A DNA stretch of 64,000 nucleotides, from contig CASGHK010000001.1 in assembly GCA_949320185.1 (NCBI GenBank), positions 16,397 through 80,396 of the forward strand. The letters run 5' to 3'. Positions 25,940 to 35,034 of this stretch are shown one piece after another. The DNA comes from an uncultured Methanomicrobiales archaeon (GTDB lineage: Archaea > Halobacteriota > Methanomicrobia > Methanomicrobiales > Methanospirillaceae). The notes beneath the pieces are model-generated. The model was given only the letters and a program-made list of their open reading frames with translations, was not told the DNA's origin and searched no databases. The position numbers were made by a program, and so were the translations under genes. Every line of letters starts with the position of its first letter. Position 1 is the first letter of the stretch.

Positions 25940-26098
25940 GCTCGATCCGGGCATTCCGGACGATGAAACCGCCTTCGCCGCCGAACGGATCTTTGGCGCT
26001 CTATCTCCTGGAGGCCGATCGGGCGCCTGCGTTCCGCACCACAGGTCCTTGATTCTTTCCGGGATGCACAGGACCGGATGAATCGGACCGGGTCTGGC

Positions 26099-26755
26099 TC
26101 AGGGCAGTTCCAGACTCTCTCCTGGCGCCAGGATGGTCACCCGGATGTCGGTGGTCCGTTCGAGCGCTTCCTTAAAGGGCAGCGGGTCCTGGGCGATCAC
26201 CGGCCAGGTGTTGTAGTGGATCGGGATCACCTGGGGGGCGCCGATCCACCGTGCAGCGCACATCGCGGCACCGGGGTCCATCGTGAACCGCCCGCCGATC
26301 GGCAGCAGGGCGATGTCGGGTTCGTAGAGCGCCCCGATCACCTTCATATCGGAGAAGAGGGCGGTGTCACCGGCGTGGTACACGGTCACCCCGTCCATCT
26401 CGATCACCATCCCGGCAGCGTCTCCACCCGCCATGCGCTGCCCGTCGATCTCCAGCACGTGGGAGTGGACTGCCTGGGTCATCGTGACCCGTACGCCGTC
26501 CATCTCGACCGCTCCACCGGCGTTGATCCCCTCGGCGGCAATACCCCTCTCCGTGAGCTCCTTGGCGATCTCGTTGGTGGTCACCGTCGGGCGTCCAAGA
26601 GCGAGGGTCTCCCCCAGGTGGTCCTTGTGACCGTGCGTCACGACGACCAGGTCGGGGTCCGCCGGCAGTTTCCGGTTCAGCACGTACGGGTCGACGAGCA
26701 CGCGTCGGGTCCCCTCGAGCAGAATACAGGCATGTTCGATGTAGGTCAGCCGCAT
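26099..26755 (-). CDS. Metallo-beta-lactamase-fold hydrolase (UPF0173-like)
   Basis: MRLTYIEHACILLEG...LVVVTHGHKDHLG (HxHxDH), YHAGDTALF, IPIHYNTW. Confidence 0.85.
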   Translation of the reverse strand: MRLTYIEHACILLEGTRRVLVDPYVLNRKLPADPDLVVVTHGHKDHLGETLALGRPTVTTNEIAKELTERGIAAEGINAGGAVEMDGVRVTMTQAVHSHVLEIDGQRMAGGDAAGMVIEMDGVTVYHAGDTALFSDMKVIGALYEPDIALLPIGGRFTMDPGAAMCAARWIGAPQVIPIHYNTWPVIAQDPLPFKEALERTTDIRVTILAPGESLELP

Positions 26756-26807
26756 GAAGGATCGATCGGCGGCTCCCTGATAAGGAGGTTACGGTAAAAA
26801 GAGGGGA

Positions 26808-27419
26808 TCAGGAGATCTCGGCCAGTTCGGCCTCGGTGATATCGATCGCCTCACCGAGCCCATCGTTGGTGGCCGAGTGGGTCATCTGCTCGGTGAGATC
26901 ACGGTCCTCCATGATGTCCTTGATCCGCTCGAGGTAGAGATCCAGCGTCTGGTCCTCTTCCTGCTCGAGGACATGGCGGTATTCCCGGAGGGTCGAAGGC
27001 GAGACCTCCAGCCTCTCGGCGATCTCCTTCATGTTCAGGCCCGCTTCCAGCATGTCCCGGAGTTCCTGTTTGTCGAACGGCATCTTGAAATCGAGTTCAC
27101 GGAAGAGCTTGAGGCGGATCCGGGCGCGAGCCACGGTCTTCGAGAGCTTCTCATCCCCGAGATCGCGGGCGATCTCGGTATCATTTCGGCCCGCGTAGAA
27201 GTCCGAGACGAGCTTGGCGAGCTGGAGGGGCTTGAGCTTGGTCTTGAAGAACCCCTGGTCGAGCACCTCACGCATCACCAGGGCGATCTCCCGTTCGACC
27301 GCGTCACGGTCCCTGAGCGACCCATGGATCTTCTTCATGGGTTCCACGATCTTGGTCTTGCTGGTGATGTTCGAGAAGAGCTGCAATAGCTGTGCTTTAC
27401 GTCGTTCTTCAGCCACCAT
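26808..27419 (-). CDS. Conserved archaeal HTH-domain protein (resembles haloarchaeal conditioned-medium-induced protein 4 family; tentative)
   Basis: The tracked ORF starts with TTG at 27425; the first ATG is at 27419. Two helix-turn-helix-like segments (NDTEIARDLG...VARARIRL and NMKEIAERLEVSPSTLREYRHVL) and an acidic C-terminus. Confidence 0.6.
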   Translation of the reverse strand: MVAEERRKAQLLQLFSNITSKTKIVEPMKKIHGSLRDRDAVEREIALVMREVLDQGFFKTKLKPLQLAKLVSDFYAGRNDTEIARDLGDEKLSKTVARARIRLKLFRELDFKMPFDKQELRDMLEAGLNMKEIAERLEVSPSTLREYRHVLEQEEDQTLDLYLERIKDIMEDRDLTEQMTHSATNDGLGEAIDITEAELAEIS

Positions 27420-27511
27420 GGTCAATCACTGCCGGATACGGTATAGTAAGAATACGTAAGATATATATGGTTATCGATGTGGCACAGACGAAAAAGACCA
27501 AAAAAATTCGT

Positions 27512-27524
27512 ATTATCTGATAAT
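27512..27524. promoter_or_regulatory. 13-nt perfect palindrome in an AT-rich divergent intergenic region
   Basis: ATTATC-T-GATAAT lies between the HTH gene (minus strand) and glyS (plus strand). A TATA-like ATATATAT (about 27462-27469) lies between it and the HTH gene start. Confidence 0.3.
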
Positions 27525-27732
27525 CTCGGCGATTTCGACCGGACCCGCGCATACTATTACTATGCGGCAACCTTATATGCACATCGACTGGGGCGCATCA
27601 TGTCATAGTGAGGAACAGGTTATATCCTTTCTGGTCATGATGGGTCCTTTCATCTTCGCGCACGACCCCCAAAAAGCGGGACGGGTAAATCACCCTTAAT
27701 ATGGTGATGTCGAATAATGATCAGACGCGATC

Positions 27733-29469
27733 ATGGCAGGTGATGTGTACGAGCGGGTGATGGACCTTGCCCGCCGGCGAGGTTTTGTCTGGCCCACCTC
27801 GGAGGCCTACGGCGCAGTAGCGGGTTTCATCGACTACGGTCCCCTGGGTGCGATGATGAAACGGCGGATCGAGGACACCTGGCGTGGTTTCTTCGTGGTC
27901 CGCGAAGGCTTTTACGAGATCGAATGCCCCACCATCGGCCAGGAGGCGATCTATGTCGCGTCCGGTCATGTCAAAGGGTTCACCGACAAGATGTTCCAGT
28001 GCTCCCACTGCGGGGAGTACCTGCGAGCCGACCACGTGGTCGAGGGAGGCGGGCACTGCGAACACGCGGCAGCCCTTGACGAAGAATCGCTCGCCCGTGA
28101 ACTCTCGACCCTCCCCTGCCCCGCCTGCAACGAGACGATCGGTGATGTCCGCGTCTTCGGCTTTTCGCTCATGTTTCAGACCTCGATCGGCCCAGGCTCC
28201 CAGCGAACCGGGTACCTTCGGCCCGAGACTGCCCAGGGAATCTTCACCGACTTCTCCCGGCTCCTCCGGTTTTACCGGGATAAGCTGCCGTTCGGCGCCA
28301 CCCAGATCGGCAAGTCCTATCGAAACGAGATCTCACCGCGCCAGGGCATGATACGCCTTCGTGAGTTCACCCAGGCAGAGGCTGAGATCTTCGTTCACCC
28401 CGCGAAGAAAGAGCACCCGAACTTCGCACGCTATGCCGACTACCGGATGCCCCTCCTGGGGTACCCGGCCCAGCTGGCCGGCACGCCCGCCGTCGAGATG
28501 ACGATGGCAACGGCAGTTGAGACGGGCACGGTTGCGAACGAGTACGTCGCCTATTACCTCGCCCTGACCCACGAGTTCCTCACCCGTGTCGGCGTCGCCC
28601 CTGAACGGCTCAGGTTCCGCCAGCACCTCCCCGACGAGCGAGCTCATTACGCAGAGGACTGCTGGGACGCCGAGTGCCTCTCCGATCGGTTCGGCTGGGT
28701 CGAGACGGTCGGGATCGCCGATCGTACCGACTACGACCTCCGGGCTCACGCCGGTCACTCGGGCGAGCCCTTCACGGTCTTCATCCAGTATGCCGAACCC
28801 GTCCGGCGGCGTGAGACCCGGGTCATCCCCCGCATGGGTGCGCTTGGGCCCCGGTTCCGGGGCGCGGCGAAACAGGTCGCCGACGGGATCGCGGCGACGG
28901 ACCCGGGGATCGCCTCTTCCGGAGACGGCTTCTCGATCGAGGTCGACGGTGCCTCAATCGAGATCACCCCGGACCTCTTCGACGTCCGCGAGATCGAGGT
29001 CGAGATCCAGGGAGAGGAGGTGATGCCGCACGTCATCGAGCCGAGTTACGGGATCGACCGGATCCTCTACTCGGTCCTCGAGCACTCGTTCGACGAGGAA
29101 GAGGTCGAGGGCGAGAACCGGACCGTCCTGCGCCTCTCTCCCGCCATCGCGCCGATCCAGGTCGCCGTCTTCCCGTTGATGAGCCGTGACGGGATGGACC
29201 GGTTCGCCCAGGAGGTCGTCGGCGAGCTGAAACGCGACGGCCTCATGGCCGAGTACGACGACTCCGGAGCGATCGGCCGCCGGTACCGCCGCCAGGACGA
29301 GATCGGGACTCCGTTCGCCGTCACGGTCGACTACGACTCGCTCGAGGACGGCACCGTGACCCTCCGCGACCGTGACTCCATGCGCCAGGTCCGTCTCCCG
29401 CGGTCAGGACTTGCCAGGACCTGCAGTGCGCTCTGCGCCGGCCGTCTCCGGTTCGACGACCTCGAATGA
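27733..29469 (+). CDS. glyS: Glycine--tRNA ligase (archaeal/eukaryotic alpha2 type)
   Basis: 578 aa. GFVWPTSEAYGAVAGFIDYGPLG, RPETAQGIF, FRNEISPR, REFTQAE, and a C-terminal anticodon-binding domain. Confidence 0.95.
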   Translation: MAGDVYERVMDLARRRGFVWPTSEAYGAVAGFIDYGPLGAMMKRRIEDTWRGFFVVREGFYEIECPTIGQEAIYVASGHVKGFTDKMFQCSHCGEYLRADHVVEGGGHCEHAAALDEESLARELSTLPCPACNETIGDVRVFGFSLMFQTSIGPGSQRTGYLRPETAQGIFTDFSRLLRFYRDKLPFGATQIGKSYRNEISPRQGMIRLREFTQAEAEIFVHPAKKEHPNFARYADYRMPLLGYPAQLAGTPAVEMTMATAVETGTVANEYVAYYLALTHEFLTRVGVAPERLRFRQHLPDERAHYAEDCWDAECLSDRFGWVETVGIADRTDYDLRAHAGHSGEPFTVFIQYAEPVRRRETRVIPRMGALGPRFRGAAKQVADGIAATDPGIASSGDGFSIEVDGASIEITPDLFDVREIEVEIQGEEVMPHVIEPSYGIDRILYSVLEHSFDEEEVEGENRTVLRLSPAIAPIQVAVFPLMSRDGMDRFAQEVVGELKRDGLMAEYDDSGAIGRRYRRQDEIGTPFAVTVDYDSLEDGTVTLRDRDSMRQVRLPRSGLARTCSALCAGRLRFDDLE

Positions 29470-31712
29470 GCCAGATCCAGCACCCCCTGATCCGCCCGGG
29501 CGCCCTCGAAGCCCGGCAATACCAGCTCGCGATCGCGATGAGGGCCCTCGAGGGGAACACTATGGTGGTCCTCCCGACAGGTCTTGGCAAGACCGCCATC
29601 GCACTCCTCGTCGCCGCCTCGCGGCTTCGGGAGCCAGGGTCGCGGGTGCTGATGCTCGCGCCGACAAAACCCCTTGCCGAGCAGCACTACCGGTACTTCA
29701 GCAACCTCCTCTCACTCCCCGATGAGGACTCGTTCGTCCTCTTCACCGGAGAGACGCCGCCCGCAGAACGGGTGCGTGGATGGGAACGCGCCCGCATCTG
29801 CTTCGCGACACCGCAGGTGATCAAGAACGACTGCCTTGCCGGGCGGTACTCGCTCGAGAACGTCTCTTTGCTCGTCGTCGACGAGTGCCACCGGGCGGTC
29901 GGCAACTACGCCTACACCTTTCTCGCCGAGTGGTACGCCCGGACGGCGGCGAACCCGCTCCTCCTCGCCATGACCGCCTCCCCCGGCGGGGACCAGGAGA
30001 AGGTGCTCGGCATCTGCTCGACCCTCGGGATCACGCAGGTCGAGACGCGGACCGAGACCGATCCGGACGTGGCGCCCTACGTCCACGAGAGGACTCTGGA
30101 GTATGTTCGCGTCGAGCTCCCCACGGAACTCGTCGTCGCGCGGGAGCGGCTCTTTCTCCTCCTGGACTCCCGGCTCGAAGCCCTTCGCCGGTTCGGTTTC
30201 CAGGTCCCGGACCGCGAGCGTCTCTCCATGAAGGCGTTGAACCTGTTGAATGCCACCATCCAGGAGCGGATCGCGGACCGGGACTCCTCGGCGTTCCAGG
30301 CCGCTTCGGTTCATGCAGAACTGATGAAACTGCGCTATGGGATCACCCTCTGCGAGTCCCAGGGGTCGGAGGCCCTCTCCCGCTTTCTCGAGCGTCTGGC
30401 AGAAGAGGGTGCCTCCGGCTCGGGGTCGAAGGCGAGCCAGCGGCTCGCAGCGGATTCGACCTTCGTGGAGCTGGTCGCCGAAGCCCGGTCGTGGGAAGGA
30501 GAACTCCACCCGAAGTACCCCCTCGTCCGGTCAGTGGTCGAGGAGCAGCTCCGCGCCGCCCCGGAGAGCCGGATCATCGTCTTCGCCTCGTATCGCGACA
30601 CGGTTCACGCGCTCGGTAAGTATCTTTCGGCATCGGGGATCCAGGCTGAGCGTTTCGTAGGACAGGCATCACGCGACACGGAGAAGGGACTCTCCCAGAA
30701 GCAGCAGCTTGAGACGCTGCGCCGGTTCCGGGAGGGTGAGTTCAGGGTCCTCGTTGCCACATCGGTCGGGGAGGAGGGGCTTGACATCCCCTCAACCGAC
30801 CTGGTGGTCTTCTACGAGGCGGTCCCGTCAGAGATCCGCTCGATACAGAGGAAGGGGCGGACGGGAAGGTCGGGCGCGGGTCGGATCGTGGTGCTGGTGA
30901 CGGCCGGCACCTCGGACGAGACGTTTCGCTATGTCTCGCAGAACCGAGAGCGTTCGATGCAGAAAGGGCTTGCTCGCCTGAAGGTCAAGCCGGCGTTCGA
31001 CGGGCAGGTGCAGCTCGACTCCGAGCCGGTCCAGGGTTCGGACCGACTCCAGCAGCGACTGGTCGAGTTCATTCCCGGGGGTCCTCTCGTCGTGGCGGAC
31101 GACCGTGAGACCGCGTCTCGGGTGGTCGAGGCCCTCCGGCTTGCCGGTGCGGCGCTGGAGATCGCCCATCTTGATACCGGCGACTACGCCATCGGCGATC
31201 GCATACTCGTCGAAAGGAAGACCACGCGGGACTTTGTCGACACGCTGGTCGACCGCGACCTCCTCGGGCAGCTCAGGGTGCTCGCCGACACCGTCCCGAG
31301 GCCCGTCCTCGTTATCGAAGGGCTCGACCTCTTCGGCCAGAGAAACATCCATCCGAATGCGATACGGGGAGCGCTCGCCGCGATCGCGGTCGACATGGGT
31401 GTCACGCTCTTCTACACCGCGGACGAGAACGAGACAGCGGAGCTCCTGCTCGTCCTCGCACGGCGCGAGGAGGGGGCTCACGGCGAGAGAAAGGTCCACC
31501 CTCGCAAGACCAGGCGTTCGCTTCGCGAACAGCAGGAGTACGTGGTCTCCTCCCTTCCCGATGTTGGTCCCCGGACTGCGCGGGCTCTCCTCGATGAGTT
31601 CGGCTCTGTCCTCGGTGTGCTCACGGCCGATCAAAAGGCCCTCGAGGCGGTCCCCGGAGTCGGAGAGAAGACCGCAGAAAGGATCGTCTCGTTCGTGCGA
31701 GAGGGAGCCTGA
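29466..31712 (+). CDS. hef: Hef: helicase-associated endonuclease for fork-structured DNA (SF2 helicase + ERCC4 nuclease + HhH2)
   Basis: LPTGLGKT (motif I), VVDECH (DExH), SVGEEGLDIPS, QRKGRTGR. ERCC4 nuclease GDYAIGDRILVERKTTRDF. C-terminal HhH (LPDVGPRTARALL, VPGVGEKTAERI). ATGA overlap with glyS. Confidence 0.9.
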   Translation: MSQIQHPLIRPGALEARQYQLAIAMRALEGNTMVVLPTGLGKTAIALLVAASRLREPGSRVLMLAPTKPLAEQHYRYFSNLLSLPDEDSFVLFTGETPPAERVRGWERARICFATPQVIKNDCLAGRYSLENVSLLVVDECHRAVGNYAYTFLAEWYARTAANPLLLAMTASPGGDQEKVLGICSTLGITQVETRTETDPDVAPYVHERTLEYVRVELPTELVVARERLFLLLDSRLEALRRFGFQVPDRERLSMKALNLLNATIQERIADRDSSAFQAASVHAELMKLRYGITLCESQGSEALSRFLERLAEEGASGSGSKASQRLAADSTFVELVAEARSWEGELHPKYPLVRSVVEEQLRAAPESRIIVFASYRDTVHALGKYLSASGIQAERFVGQASRDTEKGLSQKQQLETLRRFREGEFRVLVATSVGEEGLDIPSTDLVVFYEAVPSEIRSIQRKGRTGRSGAGRIVVLVTAGTSDETFRYVSQNRERSMQKGLARLKVKPAFDGQVQLDSEPVQGSDRLQQRLVEFIPGGPLVVADDRETASRVVEALRLAGAALEIAHLDTGDYAIGDRILVERKTTRDFVDTLVDRDLLGQLRVLADTVPRPVLVIEGLDLFGQRNIHPNAIRGALAAIAVDMGVTLFYTADENETAELLLVLARREEGAHGERKVHPRKTRRSLREQQEYVVSSLPDVGPRTARALLDEFGSVLGVLTADQKALEAVPGVGEKTAERIVSFVREGA

Positions 31713-32069
31713 TCAGTCCAGCAGGTCCCACGCCGTCGTGACGCATGTGAGGAGCGTGCGGCACCGTTCGGGGTCCGGCTCGGTCTGGACCCGCTTGAGG
31801 AGGCAGAGGATAGTGGCCCTCAGTTCCTGCTCCAGGTTCTCCGGCACCACGCGCTGCTCGTTCACGGTCGGTTCCATTGTGGAGGCCGTCTCTTCGGGGA
31901 CCGCCTCTGGTGTTTCGGTCCTGGCCGCCTCTGCATGGGCCGAACAGACGACGCAGCTCGTCTCGCCCTTCACTTCGAAGAGAGGGGACCCGCACGAAGG
32001 ACAGGCCCGTGCAAGCATCTTTCCGCCGCGGAGCAGGGATTCGGCCATGATGTCGGCGTCGCTCTTCAT
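31713..32069 (-). CDS. UPF0148 / autoantigen p27-family zinc-ribbon protein
   Basis: MKSDADIMAESLLRGGKMLARACPSCGSPLFEVKGETSCVVC is the family's N-terminal helix plus CxxC...CxxC ribbon. Confidence 0.75.
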   Translation of the reverse strand: MKSDADIMAESLLRGGKMLARACPSCGSPLFEVKGETSCVVCSAHAEAARTETPEAVPEETASTMEPTVNEQRVVPENLEQELRATILCLLKRVQTEPDPERCRTLLTCVTTAWDLLD

Positions 32070-32146
32070 TCAGGAGAGATATGGGTTATAAACTTATTTA
32101 TGGTTGTATGCGACACGTATAACGACGGAACGAGGGGGACACGAGA

Positions 32147-32410
32147 ATGACTCCACAGGACGAACGCATCGGAACCTGTATCCAGATGCTCCAGCATATC
32201 ATGGAGGACTCCTCCATTCCACGCAACATTCGACGAGTAGCGGACGAAACAAGGGGCGTTCTTCTTGACAGTTCGAAGACGATTGGGCTCCGTGCTGCGA
32301 CAGCAATCTCGATGATCGACGAGATCAGCAACGACCCGAACATGCCGGTGCACGCACGGACCCGGATCTGGGAACTGGTCTCCCAGCTCGAGTCGATTCC
32401 ACTCGACTGA
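32147..32410 (+). CDS. UPF0147 family protein
   Basis: 87 aa. ...[14 protein letters not shown]...[29 protein letters not shown] is typical of the archaeal UPF0147 helical-repeat family. Confidence 0.75.
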   Translation: MTPQDERIGTCIQMLQHIMEDSSIPRNIRRVADETRGVLLDSSKTIGLRAATAISMIDEISNDPNMPVHARTRIWELVSQLESIPLD

Positions 32411-32538
32411 TCGAGTTGCCAGGGTTCGCACGAAGGCTCCCACCCCCTCCATTCTTCTCTTCACCCGCTCTTTTTAGGAATCTCGTCCCCTGCACATCAA
32501 CACGGGCACCCCTCTCTCATGCGGGGTGAACTGGAGCC

Positions 32539-32976
32539 TCATCGAGGATGGGACTGCTTCAGGATCGAGACGACGACCGTGCGCGTCCCAGATGTACGCA
32601 CGTCGAGCTCGATCAATACCGCCTGCTGCCATCTTCCGGAAATCAAGACCCCACCTCTGACCGGAGGAGAGGAGGGACGGGCCGATGATGACAGCCCGAA
32701 CGTGCGACCGCCAATTGCCTTCACCACATGCGGCGTCATGGGCAGTGCCCTGGTCGTCCGGTGCTATCAACCGCAGGGCGCGGCGCAGACCCTCGAGTAC
32801 CCCACCTTCGTACTCATTCATCGTCAGGGTGGCTGTCGACCCCTGTATTGAGAGGTGGACGATGCCGTCCTGCACTGTGCAGGCCGAACAGCACCGTTCA
32901 TCATGGGTTTCAGGTCGACGATCGCCCCTTCCCCGTGGGTCGTGACCGAAAGCTCCTGTCCGAAAAAAGGGATCAT
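32539..32976 (-). pseudogene. YjbQ/UPF0047 (secondary thiamine-phosphate synthase-like) gene disrupted by two compensating frameshifts
   Basis: N-terminus MIPFFGQELSVTTHGEGAIVDLKPMMNGAV and C-terminus PPVRGGVLISGRWQQAVLIELDVRTSGTRTVVVSIL share one frame. The core VQDGIVHLSIQGSTATLTMNEYEGGV...GNWRSHVRAVIIGPSL is in another frame. The intact frame hits TGA after ...YRGRQPP. Confidence 0.65.
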
Positions 32977-33093
32977 CCCTCACCGAGCATGAGGAATGGG
33001 CGGGTATCGGTCTTTCAGTGGTCCCACCGGTGACCCTGGATCCGACCAGTGCCTTTTTCAACTCGACCTGCGAGACTACCCGGAGGGCGACCG

Positions 33094-35034
33094 ATGACCG
33101 AGAAAGCCAGCATCATCGCCAAGCTGGGGGAACAGGATGTCCTGCTGCCGGCCCTGGTCCAGCAGGCCCTGGTGGCGAACGACCAGGTAAAGTACTACTT
33201 CTCTCTCCTGCAGACCGCCCGGCAGCGGGCTGAGCACCCGGGCCAGACACCTTCCACACTCAGGGCCGAGCGTGAGGCCTCGGGGATCGAGGAGCCTATC
33301 CTCGACGGGGTTGTTGTTGGTGCGGTCCGGACGGGAGAGGGGACCTACGCAGTCCCACATCTCTCCCGTATCCTTGAGGGGGTCCGGGTCTCTCTCGAAG
33401 CCATGATCCGACCGTTCCGTATCACCGGGGAGCAGGGTCTCGACTTCGAGGACCGACTGAGGGGTTTTCCCTGCCTGGAGGTGGGGCACGTCCAGGACGA
33501 GATCACCGCCGAAGAGGTGAGCGCGATCACCTCGGGGGACAGGGCTCTCGGGGACAGCCCACATCTCCTGGTCATGGACCTTCACCGAGCCCTGAACGAC
33601 CTTCTGGCCGAGCTCTCGAACGAGACGGTCGAGGGGGCGCAGACCTATCTCCTGACCGATGATGATCGTGACCTGGTCGCAGCCTTCATGTCGGGCCTCC
33701 ATCGCACCGCCCACGTGAAGTTCGGACACCCGGGCCTCGGGACGACCGCAACCCGCGTCGGAGGACGGCTCGTGATCCAGAACGACATTGGCCTGACCGA
33801 CGCCCATGTGATGGTGATCGGGGTCGAGGGGGAGACCGTCACCATCACCTATACCGACGTCCACATGGCCCGGCTCTCGTTCTTCCAGTCTCTCTTCGAG
33901 CCATTCGAGGTTGAGTGGAGCGATACGCTCACCCGGAAGAGCGAAGGGGGCGCCGTGCGGGGTGTCTACCACCTTGCCGTCGGCACATTCCGGGCTGAGG
34001 GGAGAGCGACCTGCCGGGACTTTCTTGCACACCTCGGATCCCGTGTCGTCTTTCTGATAGACTGGAACCGGGCCAGGAAACAGCTCCGCAACTTCGTATT
34101 GAATAAGGACGCCATCCTGGTCCTTCGCTGGGCAGCGTTCGAGGAGGTTGGCCACCGGGGTTTTCTCGAGCTCGGGGGGGAACGGCTGGTCTATTCCGCA
34201 CTTGACTTTGGGGTTCGGATACCGCTCCGGTACGGGGAGCCCCTGCACCGGATCCTCGGTCGCGAGAAGACCCTGGAATACCTCAGGTGGGTGCTCCGGA
34301 CCACCTCCGAGGGACTTGCCCGGGGACTGCCGCGGATGCTGATCCAGGACGAGTGTCGTGCAGAGCTCAGCAGATATTTCCGCTCCGCTCCAGCGGAGCT
34401 GCTTGAGATCTCCCTCGCACACGCCACCCTCCTCTTCGACGTGGCAGAGGCCCTCGAGGTGTCACTGACGGCGCGGCGATCGGGCACCGGCACCGATCGG
34501 ATCGCCCGCAACGCCGTCCGGGCGAAGCAGTGGGAGAGCGAGGCGGACCACCTCGTCTCGGAGGTCCGCACCCTCTCCCGGCGGGTCGAGGAGGTTGACT
34601 ACTTCGTCCCCCTGGTAACGGCCCAAGACGACGCCCTCGATTTCCTCGAGGAGGGTTGTTTCTACTCGACCCTGATCCCGGACACGGATTACTCTGTCGA
34701 GGTCCTGCGGGGACTCGAGGAGATGATTGCGCTCGCGGTGGCGTCCACCCGCGAGTTCATACGGTCCGTGACTGCCGCCCAGTATGCCCACACCGGCTCA
34801 TCGCGCGACGAGGTGCAGGACTTCCTCGCGGCGAAGAACCGGGTGATCGCACTCGAGCAGGAGTGCGACGACGCCTGGCGACGGCTGGAGAGGACGCTCA
34901 TCGTGGAACGGCCCGACAGCAGCTCGCTCCGGGTGTATGCCGAGCTCTCCAGAATGATCGAGGAGTCGACCAACTCGCTGATGAAGGCGGTCTACGTCCT
35001 CCAAGACAACATGTTCGTCGAGATGAGGCGATAA
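33094..35034 (+). CDS. Uncharacterised 646-aa protein with C-terminal DUF47/PhoU-like helical repeat domain
   Basis: ATG preceded by GGAGGG (the tracked ORF starts at an upstream GTG). I recognise no motif in the first ~470 aa. The last ~170 aa have two DUF47-like repeats (KQWESEADHLVSEVRTL...; ALEQECDDAWRRLERTL...ELSRMIEESTNSLMKA). Confidence 0.75.
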   Translation: MTEKASIIAKLGEQDVLLPALVQQALVANDQVKYYFSLLQTARQRAEHPGQTPSTLRAEREASGIEEPILDGVVVGAVRTGEGTYAVPHLSRILEGVRVSLEAMIRPFRITGEQGLDFEDRLRGFPCLEVGHVQDEITAEEVSAITSGDRALGDSPHLLVMDLHRALNDLLAELSNETVEGAQTYLLTDDDRDLVAAFMSGLHRTAHVKFGHPGLGTTATRVGGRLVIQNDIGLTDAHVMVIGVEGETVTITYTDVHMARLSFFQSLFEPFEVEWSDTLTRKSEGGAVRGVYHLAVGTFRAEGRATCRDFLAHLGSRVVFLIDWNRARKQLRNFVLNKDAILVLRWAAFEEVGHRGFLELGGERLVYSALDFGVRIPLRYGEPLHRILGREKTLEYLRWVLRTTSEGLARGLPRMLIQDECRAELSRYFRSAPAELLEISLAHATLLFDVAEALEVSLTARRSGTGTDRIARNAVRAKQWESEADHLVSEVRTLSRRVEEVDYFVPLVTAQDDALDFLEEGCFYSTLIPDTDYSVEVLRGLEEMIALAVASTREFIRSVTAAQYAHTGSSRDEVQDFLAAKNRVIALEQECDDAWRRLERTLIVERPDSSSLRVYAELSRMIEESTNSLMKAVYVLQDNMFVEMRR

